NCBI RefSeq assembly: GCF_023585785.1
Contig: NZ_CP097765.1
Span: 540,001 to 572,000 of the forward strand
Reading direction: 5' to 3'
Length of the DNA: 32,000 nt
Source of the DNA: Blochmannia endosymbiont of Camponotus modoc
Lineage (GTDB): Bacteria > Pseudomonadota > Gammaproteobacteria > Enterobacterales > Enterobacteriaceae
The notes beneath the pieces are model-generated. The model did no database searches. It worked only from the letters and a program-made list of their open reading frames with translations, and had not been told where the DNA came from. Each line of letters starts with the position of its first letter. Positions within the stretch are counted from its first letter, which is position 1. Made by a program: the position numbers and the translations under genes. Below, piece after piece: positions 10,541-19,960 of this stretch.

Positions 10541-11914
10541 TTAATGTTGACCAGATTCAATATAGTTATCAAATCGAGAACATTGTCCGTTAAACATCAA
10601 TCGTATGGTGCCAATGGGACCATTCCGTTGTTTCCCTAAGATAATTTCAGCGATCCCTTTCATTTCACTATTTTCATGATACACTTCATCACGATAAATA
10701 AATAAAATAAGATCAGCATCTTGTTCAATTGCTCCGGATTCACGCAAATCTGAATTAACAGGATGCTTGTCAGTGCGTTGTTCTAAACCTCTGTTTAACT
10801 GAGAAATCGCTATGACTGGTACTTTCAATTCTTTAGCTAAAGCTTTTAACGATCGAGAAATTTCTGAAATTTCTAACGTGCGATTATTAGATAAAGACGG
10901 TACTCTCATTAATTGTAAATAATCAATCATAATTAAACTCAAACCATCATGTTCACGGAACAACCTGCGAGCCCGTCCACGCACTTCAGAAGGTGTCAAA
11001 CACGAGGAATCGTCAATATATATATTACGTTTTTCCAAAAGAAGTTCCATAGCACTAGTAATTCTTTCTCGATCTTCATTATTTAGTCGTCCCGTGCGAA
11101 TACGTACTTGATCAACTCGAGATAATGAAGCTAACATACGTATCATAATTTGATCACCAGGCATTTCTAAACTAAATATCAATACTGGTTTTTTTTCAGT
11201 CATTGCGGCATGTTCGCATAAATTCATAGCAAAAGCAGTTTTTCCCATAGAAGGTCGCGCGGCAATAATTATAAGATCAGATTTTTGTAAACCATCAGTT
11301 TTTTTATCCAGGTCTTTATATCCGCTAGAAACACCAGTAACACCGTATTTTGGTCTATTACATACCTGCTCAATATGAGCGACTGTTTTTTCTAAAATAT
11401 GATCTATTCCTTTTGGATTAAGATTATGATTGCTTTTACTATGTGAAATTTGAAAAATGAGAGATTCAGCTAAATCTAATAGCTCATCACTGCTTCGACC
11501 TTGAGGATTATATCCAGCGTCAGCAATTTTATTTGCTATAGAAATCATTGCGCGGATTACCGAGCGTTCGCGTACTATATCTGCATATGCAACTACATTA
11601 GCAGCACTGGGAACATTCTTTGATAATTCTGCTAAATACGCAAATCCTCCTACTAATTCCAATTTTCCTTGAATCTCTAAAGATTCTGACAGTGTTATTA
11701 AGTCAATAGGTTTATTTGTTTCCAATAAACGTTTCATTTCATTAAAAATAATTCGATGAGCATAATTAAAAAAATCATCAGAATTTACTTGTACTGATAT
11801 ATATTCCCATTGAGTATTATCTAACATTAAACCACCCAACACTGATTGTTCAGCTTCTAATGAATACGGTGGTATTTTCATATTATTTACTTGCTGATCA
11901 TGAGAAACATGCAT
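10541..11914 (-). CDS. dnaB: Replicative DNA helicase DnaB
   Basis: KIPPYSLEAEQSVLGGLMLDN, Walker A ARPSMGKTAFAMN, LSLIMIDYLQLMR and SQLNRGLEQRTDKHPVNSDLRESGAIEQDAD. The ORF track begins at 11956; the start at 11914 (MHVSHDQQ..) is more consistent with E. coli DnaB length. Confidence 0.95.
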   Translation of the reverse strand: MHVSHDQQVNNMKIPPYSLEAEQSVLGGLMLDNTQWEYISVQVNSDDFFNYAHRIIFNEMKRLLETNKPIDLITLSESLEIQGKLELVGGFAYLAELSKNVPSAANVVAYADIVRERSVIRAMISIANKIADAGYNPQGRSSDELLDLAESLIFQISHSKSNHNLNPKGIDHILEKTVAHIEQVCNRPKYGVTGVSSGYKDLDKKTDGLQKSDLIIIAARPSMGKTAFAMNLCEHAAMTEKKPVLIFSLEMPGDQIMIRMLASLSRVDQVRIRTGRLNNEDRERITSAMELLLEKRNIYIDDSSCLTPSEVRGRARRLFREHDGLSLIMIDYLQLMRVPSLSNNRTLEISEISRSLKALAKELKVPVIAISQLNRGLEQRTDKHPVNSDLRESGAIEQDADLILFIYRDEVYHENSEMKGIAEIILGKQRNGPIGTIRLMFNGQCSRFDNYIESGQH

Positions 11915-12458
11915 TTTTAATATTTTCCCCGCATAAATTTCTATTTTCCTTAACAAGAAATATCTAAATTTTAAACACGAAAAATCATATTTCCACTATT
12001 ACAATACCATATAAAACACCCAAAACAATTACACTGATATAAATCATAAGACCGTATGTACAAACATCATGCGTACATACATTAGTTATTTAAAATATTA
12101 TAAATGAAATTAAAAAATACACTGTTGTATTAAACAATCTCAGCATTTTTATTAACGTAATTTGAAAATACTTACAGTTTATTAATGAATCAAAGACATA
12201 CAACACATAAACATCTATTATAGACAAAAAATAACATCGCTTATGTGTAATTATCCTGTAATATTATTCATATTCATTTACTGTAAACTGTATACTTATA
12301 GATGTAAAAGATATAATTAATTTATAAATCCATAATTTTTTATATACTATAAAATTAAGTTTTGAGCATCATCTTTTTCAGTACATACCTAATAATTTTT
12401 ATTTATACCTCCTATACTGATAGTAATATACACATATCATTAATAATTAAGGAACAGT

Positions 12459-12911
12459 ATGAATACTAATATCCAAAAAATATTAACCCAAATTAAAAAA
12501 CTATGCGCACAACGATGTGTGCGTTTGACACCACAACGCTTAGAAGTATTACGATTGATATCCCAATATAACGGAGCTATAAGCGCTTATGATTTACTAC
12601 ATTTACTGCGACAATCTTCACTACCTCATGCAAAACCTTCCACGATTTATCGTGCTTTAAACTTTCTGTTAGCACAAGGATTTATTCATCGTATTGAATC
12701 TACCAATAGTTTTATGTTATGCCGCTATTTTTTTGAATTATCACATAATTTTGCTTTCTTTATTTGTAAGAGTTGCAAACAAGTTACCGAACAAACGACA
12801 AAAGGAATCGAAGAAATTTTACAAAATACGGCTAAAATTACAGGATTTACTATGTTTAATAACATTGTTGAAGCACACGGATTATGTCCGAAATGTATTA
12901 ACCTTGAATGA
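12459..12911 (+). CDS. zur: Zinc uptake regulator Zur (Fur family)
   Basis: 150 aa. CAQRCVRLTPQRLEVLRLISQYNGAISAYDLLHLLRQ..AKPSTIYRALNFLLAQGFIHRIESTNSFMLC matches E. coli Zur. The CxxC pairs (CKSC, CPKC) are retained. The C-terminal Cys/His-rich tail is missing. Confidence 0.92.
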   Translation: MNTNIQKILTQIKKLCAQRCVRLTPQRLEVLRLISQYNGAISAYDLLHLLRQSSLPHAKPSTIYRALNFLLAQGFIHRIESTNSFMLCRYFFELSHNFAFFICKSCKQVTEQTTKGIEEILQNTAKITGFTMFNNIVEAHGLCPKCINLE

Positions 12912-13213
12912 CGACCACATTTTAAATCCTAATTATTTTAATATGTGTAATGACATTAATAAAATCTTAATATATACGTCATCAATTAACGCAATAACAC
13001 ACATCAATTTAACTAAAAATTGATGTTGCAACTATGTCCGTGTATTAGTACTAACTTAAACTAAAAATTATTAATGTTCATAATCTATAAAACTGCATAA
13101 AAATTAACCACAAACTTGTTATTAGTATTTGCTTACACACAGCAATCGTATTCATTTAAATACGTTTATCCCGCATACTCTTATTGTTTAAAGTGAAATT
13201 GATTATATTTAAA

Positions 13214-14086
13214 TTAATAGAAATGCGACGCAATACCTATGAAAATTAACATACCTACATAATTATTACTCAAAAAAGCCTGAAAACATCTTATTCGTTC
13301 TCTTTTGTTAATTAATATTTGTTGCCACATAAATAATATGATGACGCCAAATAATGAGAAAAAATAAAATACTACAGTAAATCGCTCCTTCCATCCAATA
13401 ATTCCCAATATAAATACAATACATAACTGTAATATTCCTATTAAAAATTTATCCATTTCACCAAACAATACAGCAGATGACTTTATTCCAACATATATAT
13501 CATCTTCTCTATCTATCATAGCATATTGCGTATCATATACTATTGTCCATACAGTATTCATTAGAAATAATAACCAAGCAGTACTATTTATAGGATTATT
13601 AATTGCAGTAAACGCCATTAAAATGGGCCAACTAAACAATATTCCTAACATTACTTGGGGAAAATAAGTATATCTTTTAAGATATGGATATATCCAAGAT
13701 AATATCAGAGCCACTACAGATAAAAAGATAGTAATAAAATTAAAATTTAAAACCAATATGAATGCGATAAAAAGGAGCATCGCTAACACCACTAATGCCT
13801 CTTTTTTCCTAATCATTCCAGCTGGTAAAGGACGTGCTTTAGTACGTTGAACATGGCTATCGATATCATAATCAATATAATCATTGATTATACAACCTGC
13901 AGAGCGCATACACAGCGCTCCGATAATAAACACTATCAAAACAACTTTTTCAGGAATACCTTTGTATGATAACCACAGCCCCCATAAAGTAGGCCATAGT
14001 AATAGAAAAAACCCAATAGGTTGATTAATACGCATTAACTGTGCTAGATTATAGCACTTTTTAATAAAAAAAAGCCTGTTTGACAT
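13214..14086 (-). CDS. ubiA: 4-hydroxybenzoate polyprenyltransferase
   Basis: LMRINQPIGFFLLLWPTLWGLWLSYKG, the Asp-rich motif NDYIDYDIDSHVQRTKARPLPAG, and the second motif DTQYAMIDREDD. The ORF track starts at 14137; the Met at 14086 (MSNRLFFIKK..) gives an E. coli-like N-terminus. Confidence 0.93.
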   Translation of the reverse strand: MSNRLFFIKKCYNLAQLMRINQPIGFFLLLWPTLWGLWLSYKGIPEKVVLIVFIIGALCMRSAGCIINDYIDYDIDSHVQRTKARPLPAGMIRKKEALVVLAMLLFIAFILVLNFNFITIFLSVVALILSWIYPYLKRYTYFPQVMLGILFSWPILMAFTAINNPINSTAWLLFLMNTVWTIVYDTQYAMIDREDDIYVGIKSSAVLFGEMDKFLIGILQLCIVFILGIIGWKERFTVVFYFFSLFGVIILFMWQQILINKRERIRCFQAFLSNNYVGMLIFIGIASHFY

Positions 14087-14438
14087 AAAATTAGTAAATA
14101 ATATAATCGTTATAACTTTTACCAATAATACTATCAATGATAGATATCATTATCATAGTATATAGAATGGCATTGCGGATATTTATTTCACTTGTACTTC
14201 ATGAAATAACTACGTATTACTGTAATTGTATCCATTGCCAATTTGTTAAACCAATAAATATTGTGTCGTATACAATAGGAAGCAGACATGAAATATTTTT
14301 ATAAAAAACATGATCATACGATAGCAAAATATATCATGTATACATATGATCATCATAAAAAAATATAATTTTCTTTTTCTCTACATAGATTCTCTTAGAT
14401 AATACGAATTTTATCATTTTAATAATGGCGTATTTCTT

Positions 14439-16061
14439 ATGTCACATTTTCTCTTTAACTTAGAAATACACATCAGCATTATGTTGATTCTGGCATTGAT
14501 TCTCGTATTTATTTATGAAGCTATTAATGGTTTTCATGATACTGCTAATTCTGTAGTCACTGTAATTTATACCTGTGCGTTACGTTCTCATAGCGCAGTG
14601 TTAATGTCGGGAATATTTAATTTTTTAGGTGTAACACTGAGCGGTTTAAGTGTTGCATATACAATTATCCATTTACTTCCCACGCATTTTTTTATGAATG
14701 CCAATGCTAACCATATTTTAGCTATGATTTTTTCCACATTATTTGCAGCAATACTATGGAATCTTGGAACGTGGTATTTCAGGTTACCTACTTCTAGTTC
14801 TCATACTTTAATTGGAACATTAATTGGGATCGGATTAGTGCACGCAATTATTACACATTGCCCAATGATGCAAGGATTGAATATTCCAAAATTAATTAAT
14901 ATTTTTTTATCACTAATAATATCACCAATAATAGGTTTGACACTAGCTAGAATAATAATGTTAATATTATGTAGATACTGGAATAATAACAAAAAACATA
15001 AAAACATTCATATTACTCCAACTCAACAAACACAAAAATATGGAAGACCTCAACCATCATTATGGACTCGTATTATATTAATTTTATCTGCAGCTGGAGT
15101 TAGTTTTTCTCATGGAGCAAACGATGGGCAAAAAGGAATTGGGCTCATTATGTTACTGTTAATAGGAGTAGCTCCGGCAAACTTTACGCTAAATATGCAT
15201 GCTAGCAGTCATGAAATATCCCGTACTCGAAATGCCGTTAACAATTTTTATGAATATTACATTCAAAACTATAACAATTTTAAAACTATCATGCCATCAG
15301 AAATAACATCTATGCCTATATCATTAGCATTAAATCAACTACAAGTCATCGTTCCTTCCATTAAAGATTCTACGCAAATTTTTATAAATAACGATAACGT
15401 AACATATTTTAATAAATATTTATCTACCTCAGAAACAGAGATACAACTAAGAAAAATTTTTCATGATTTGTCACTAACTCTTACTATTATTAACAACGCT
15501 TTATTATTACTTGAAAATTTAGATAGTTATGCGCAATTAAATATAGATCAACGCTTCCAAATGAGACAATTACTCATATATATAGTAGATATTTTAGATC
15601 AAATCATAGTGCTTCCAGAAACCTCATATAAAAATAAAAATTTTCTAAAACATTTAAAAGAACATTTGCTGCACACAATTGAATACGCACCGACTTGGAT
15701 TATTTTAGCTGTTGCATTGTCATTATCTCTGGGAACAATCATTGGCTGGAAACGAGTTGCTACTACTATTGGTGAAAAAATAGGAAAAAAAGAAATGACT
15801 TACGCACAAGGTTTATCAGCCCAATTAACTACAGCTATTTCCATAGGTACAGCAAGTTATGCTGGTATGCCTGTTTCCACGACTCATGTGTTATCCTCAT
15901 CCATTACGGGAAGTATGCTAATTCGTGGATGGGGGGTGCAAGGAAAAACAATAAAAAATATATTAATAACTTGGTCATTAACTGTGCCTGTTTCTATCGT
16001 ACTAAGTGGGAGTTTTTATTGGGTTACATTACGATTATTACATAAATATATTCAAATATAA
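14439..16061 (+). CDS. pitA: Low-affinity inorganic phosphate transporter (Pit family)
   Basis: 540 aa. ANGFHDTANSVVTVIYT and FSHGANDGQKGIGLIMLLLIG repeats, SSHEISRTRNAVNNF.., and GWKRVATTIGEKIGKKEMTYAQGLSAQLTTAISIGTASYAGMPVSTTHVLSSSI. Confidence 0.95.
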   Translation: MSHFLFNLEIHISIMLILALILVFIYEAINGFHDTANSVVTVIYTCALRSHSAVLMSGIFNFLGVTLSGLSVAYTIIHLLPTHFFMNANANHILAMIFSTLFAAILWNLGTWYFRLPTSSSHTLIGTLIGIGLVHAIITHCPMMQGLNIPKLINIFLSLIISPIIGLTLARIIMLILCRYWNNNKKHKNIHITPTQQTQKYGRPQPSLWTRIILILSAAGVSFSHGANDGQKGIGLIMLLLIGVAPANFTLNMHASSHEISRTRNAVNNFYEYYIQNYNNFKTIMPSEITSMPISLALNQLQVIVPSIKDSTQIFINNDNVTYFNKYLSTSETEIQLRKIFHDLSLTLTIINNALLLLENLDSYAQLNIDQRFQMRQLLIYIVDILDQIIVLPETSYKNKNFLKHLKEHLLHTIEYAPTWIILAVALSLSLGTIIGWKRVATTIGEKIGKKEMTYAQGLSAQLTTAISIGTASYAGMPVSTTHVLSSSITGSMLIRGWGVQGKTIKNILITWSLTVPVSIVLSGSFYWVTLRLLHKYIQI

Positions 16062-16492
16062 AACAAATAAAACATAAATAAAAAATTAAATAAACAAACT
16101 TTTAATATTGTTCTATATTTTTATTCAAAAGAAAATTCTTCATTTCAAATGATATTTTTAAAATAAAGAATTTTGTAAGTATTAAAAATAAATAATACTT
16201 ATTGCCATTCCGATTTATTAATTAACATTTTTATTGATAGATAACACGATTATCCAAATTTCTTTACACATGACTATCGAAATATCTGGTATGAAAACTA
16301 ATATGAAACAATCTTCGACATCAGTATATCGATAATTCTTTTAATAAATAATTCAAAAAATACACATATTATTTTAAAAAATAAAAACCTCACATTCTTT
16401 ATCTATAATAAGCATTAACAAACCTCAAGCTATCATTCTTAATTTAAGAACAATTCACACATAAAAATAATATTCTTAATAATTTATGCATA

Positions 16493-18565
16493 TTATATTG
16501 ACATGGAATGGTCAACAGAAACAGTAACCCCATAATATCTTAGCATAGGTTCTACTGTCATAGTTTGTGTACAAAATTTTACAAGACATTTTTCCAAATC
16601 GATAGTACCCCCCAACGAAAGGATGTCATTAAGAAATAATTTCCCTATTTTTGAATTAAAAATACCTAATTCTTGAAAACGACACCAAACGTTAGATGCC
16701 AACATATCTGCCCATAAATAACTATAATACCCCGCAGAATAATCATCAGAAAAAGCATGTAGAAAAGAGTTAGGAAAACGATCCCAATCCATTGAAAGAG
16801 GACGCGTTGATACTTGTTTTATTACTTCGTTAAATATTTTTAATGCACTCCTCTTTTCCCCTGGCATATATTCATGATGTATTCGTAAATCAAATAACCC
16901 ATATATCACTTGACGTAAAAGATAAGATGATGATTGATATGTTTTTGTTTTTAATAAACTATTTATTATATAATCAGGTAGCGGTTCTTTTGTTTGATAA
17001 TGCATAGAAATTAATTGTAATACACCAGGGTCCCAACAAAATTTTTCCATAAGTTGACTAGGTAATTCTACTGCATCCCAAGGTACTCCATTAACTCCAG
17101 ATATTTCCGGAATATCAATACGTGTCATGATATGATGTAGTACATGACCAAATTCATGAAACAAAGTCATCACATCCTGATGTGTTAACAAACATGGTGA
17201 TTTTTGATTCTCTGAACGATTAAAGTTACAAGTTAAGTATGCGATAGGTTTTTGACCAATAGTATTATTTCGATACATCTTACCTACTAACTCATCCATC
17301 CAAGCACCCTCACGTTTATCATCTCTGAGATATATATCTAAATAAAATCCTCCCATCCATCTATCTTCTTCATCAAAAATATCAAAAAATCGTACATCAG
17401 AATGCCATGTTTCTACATTAGAATGTTCTTTAATAGTAATTCCGTAAATACGGTTCACTACTGAAAACATTCCATGAAGTACTGTTTTTTCAGGAAAATA
17501 ACAACATAGTTCTTCATTTTTAATAGAAAAAAGATAGTGTTTCTGTTTCTCTCTATAATATGCAATATCCCATGGATTTAAAGACACACAAGAACATTTT
17601 TTTTTAGCAAAATTTTGTATTTCTAAAAATTCCTTATATTCATAAGAACGTATCTGGATAGATAAATTCATAAGAAAATTAAATACTTGTTTTGGACTCT
17701 GTACCATTCTTTTTGATAAAGATTTTTCAAGATAAGTGCTAAATCCTAATATTTTTGCTAACTCATAACGTAATGTAAGAATTTCATCCATTACTAAAGT
17801 ATTATCCCATTTTCCACTATTAGGTCCTTGATCAGAAGCACGAGTATTAAAAGCCCAATATAGCTCTTCTCTAAGTTCTTGGGTATCGCAATACAAAAGA
17901 ACTGCAGAATAACTAGGGTATTGCAGTGTAAATAACCACCCTTTTTCTCCACGAACTTGTGCTGCTAAACGAGCAAGTTTCAATGTATGTTCTGGTATCC
18001 CAGATAACAATTTTTTTTCAGTAATTAATTTGTTCCAACCTAGCGTTGCGTCAAATACATTATTAGCATAATTTGAACTTAATCGGGACAATCTAGAAGT
18101 TATATATGCATATATTTTTTTTTTCTGTGGAGATAAATAAATCCCCGATAATTTAAAATTATGTAAAATATTATTTAATACTTTTTTCTGTATTACGCTC
18201 AACTTTTGATAAGAATCTCCGTGTTGTAATGATTGATAAGATTTATACAATCCATCATGTTGATTAATCCAGTTTCTATATTCAGAAATAAATGACAAAC
18301 TTTCTTCATAAACCTTACGTAATTCTAAATTATGTTGTACAGAATTTAAATGTGTTATCGGAGACCAAATGCGTTGCAATTCATTTTCTGCAATCATCAA
18401 CGGATAATATAACGTATCCCAAGTTACACGTTTTTCAGATACAATCTGATCTACCGTATTATAACAATTAGTCAAAACCTTTTGTACAGCTTCTTTTACA
18501 TGATTTATCTTAATAGAAGAAAATGGAGGGAATATAGAATAATGTAATAATGGGTTATTATCCAT
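16493..18565 (-). CDS. prlC: Oligopeptidase A (M3 metallopeptidase)
   Basis: 690 aa with the zinc-metalloprotease motif TLFHEFGHVLHHIM, GVPWDAVELPSQLMEKFCWDP and FSDDYSAGYYSYLWADMLASN. The pitA-prlC neighbourhood is shared with E. coli. Confidence 0.95.
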   Translation of the reverse strand: MDNNPLLHYSIFPPFSSIKINHVKEAVQKVLTNCYNTVDQIVSEKRVTWDTLYYPLMIAENELQRIWSPITHLNSVQHNLELRKVYEESLSFISEYRNWINQHDGLYKSYQSLQHGDSYQKLSVIQKKVLNNILHNFKLSGIYLSPQKKKIYAYITSRLSRLSSNYANNVFDATLGWNKLITEKKLLSGIPEHTLKLARLAAQVRGEKGWLFTLQYPSYSAVLLYCDTQELREELYWAFNTRASDQGPNSGKWDNTLVMDEILTLRYELAKILGFSTYLEKSLSKRMVQSPKQVFNFLMNLSIQIRSYEYKEFLEIQNFAKKKCSCVSLNPWDIAYYREKQKHYLFSIKNEELCCYFPEKTVLHGMFSVVNRIYGITIKEHSNVETWHSDVRFFDIFDEEDRWMGGFYLDIYLRDDKREGAWMDELVGKMYRNNTIGQKPIAYLTCNFNRSENQKSPCLLTHQDVMTLFHEFGHVLHHIMTRIDIPEISGVNGVPWDAVELPSQLMEKFCWDPGVLQLISMHYQTKEPLPDYIINSLLKTKTYQSSSYLLRQVIYGLFDLRIHHEYMPGEKRSALKIFNEVIKQVSTRPLSMDWDRFPNSFLHAFSDDYSAGYYSYLWADMLASNVWCRFQELGIFNSKIGKLFLNDILSLGGTIDLEKCLVKFCTQTMTVEPMLRYYGVTVSVDHSMSI

Positions 18566-18750
18566 ACAATAAAACCTAAAAATTAGTAACTATTATGTAG
18601 CCAATTTTGAAATCTTCCGTTGTATCGAATTTATATATGTAAACGGTACCTCGTACATCTGATAGTATACACTTATTTATCTATTACATGATCTTGATCG
18701 CAGTATCATTTCACATAAAAATTTAAATGAAAGTATATTATTGCTTTACA

Positions 18751-18824
18751 TCGGTGAGGAAGGATTTGAACCTTCGACCTATACGTCCCGAACGTATTGC
18801 GCTACCAAACTACGCTACTCACCG
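18751..18824 (-). tRNA. proK: tRNA-Pro, anticodon CGG
   Basis: Reverse complement CGGTGAG TA GCGT AGTTTGGTA GCGC A ATACG TTCGGGA CGTAT AGGTC GAAGG TTCAAAT CCTTC CTCACCG A forms a complete cloverleaf: 7-bp acceptor stem, 5-bp anticodon stem, and 5-bp T stem with TTCAAAT loop. Anticodon CGG. No CCA is encoded. Confidence 0.95.
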
Positions 18825-19162
18825 TACGTACTATAAATATAATTATACATAACTCTGCGATTTAAATACGAATATTTTTTGCTTTCATTAATACAATTAA
18901 TAACAATAAAATCTAAAAATTACCAATTCATCTTATCAATAAAATAAGTCCTGAACGTATATTCGAATTATATTATTTATTATATCAAGTTTCATTAAAA
19001 ATTGATATATACATAAATACCATTTCAATAACGCAATTATTTTTATACATTTATTAATAAAAAATTTACTTGTATACATTATTTATTAATAAATGTATAA
19101 TTTGAATTGTTCTTAGAATTATTATTCTTTAATATTTACATAATTATGGAGAAATTTTTATT

Positions 19163-19780
19163 ATGAGTTTTATATTACCTTCTTTAACTTATTCATATGA
19201 TGCTTTAGAGCCATTTCTCGATGAGAAAACTATGAAGATTCATCATACAAAACACCATCAAGCATATATTGATAACGCCAATGCAGCACTAATTGATTTA
19301 CCTGAATTTTCCAATCTACCTGTCATAGAATTAATAAAAAAATTAAATCATTTACCTAATCACAAAAAAACTATATTACGTAACAATGCCGGAGGACATA
19401 TCAATCATAGCCTTTTTTGGAAGTATCTTAAAAAGAATACTACACTTCAAGGATCATTAAAAGATGCAATAGAATATAACTTTTCAAGTATCTCTTCTTT
19501 TAAAGATCATTTTGAAAAAACTGCTATCAGTCGTTTTGGATCTGGTTGGGTATGGCTCATAAAACAAAATGATATTTTATCTATAGTATCTACTGCCAAT
19601 CAAGATAACCCATTAATGGGAACAGATATCTCCGGAACAAATGGATATCCAATTCTTGGATTAGATGTGTGGGAACACGCTTATTATTTAAAATATCAAA
19701 ATCGGCGTTTAGACTATATTAGATCATTTTGGAATATAGTCAACTGGGATGAAGTATGCACACAATTTAATCAAGTATAA
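19163..19780 (+). CDS. sodA: Superoxide dismutase [Mn]
   Basis: 205 aa. [56 protein letters not shown] and [16 protein letters not shown] metal-ligand motifs. Confidence 0.96.
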   Translation: MSFILPSLTYSYDALEPFLDEKTMKIHHTKHHQAYIDNANAALIDLPEFSNLPVIELIKKLNHLPNHKKTILRNNAGGHINHSLFWKYLKKNTTLQGSLKDAIEYNFSSISSFKDHFEKTAISRFGSGWVWLIKQNDILSIVSTANQDNPLMGTDISGTNGYPILGLDVWEHAYYLKYQNRRLDYIRSFWNIVNWDEVCTQFNQV

Positions 19781-19887
19781 AAACGGTTATTAATTAACTA
19801 AGGTGGTCATAAGTTTTACATAAATATTAAAAACATCTGACCACTTTCTAGACTTCAATCAGTGTGTTGAGGTGAATGACCATTGAT

Positions 19888-19943
19888 CATTACTACTTCA
19901 GTAGCTAATAGAGAACGATCCATTAGCTACTGAAGTAGTAATG
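19888..19943. repeat. Perfect 22-bp inverted repeat (hairpin) between convergent sodA and glyS
   Basis: cATTACTACTTCAGTAGCTAAT - 12 nt loop (AGAGAACGATCC) - ATTAGCTACTGAAGTAGTAATg. The arms at 19888-19909 and 19922-19943 are perfectly complementary. Confidence 0.9.
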
Positions 19944-19960
19944 GATATACAGATGTACAT

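Noticed and set aside
12054-12080. 8-bp GTATGTAC/GTACATAC inverted pair upstream of zur
   Set aside because: Too short and too far from zur (about 380 bp) to support a regulatory call.
12694-13023. 109-aa ORF overlapping the 3' end of zur in another frame
   Set aside because: More than half overlaps clear zur codons out of frame and the rest is low-complexity AT-rich sequence. No family resemblance.
14310-14353. 9-bp ATGATCATA/TATGATCAT inverted pair upstream of pitA
   Set aside because: Short, and built on the palindromic TGATCA core. Chance occurrence in AT-rich DNA is likely.
14801-15007. 68-aa ORF opposite pitA
   Set aside because: Shadow ORF within a conserved gene.
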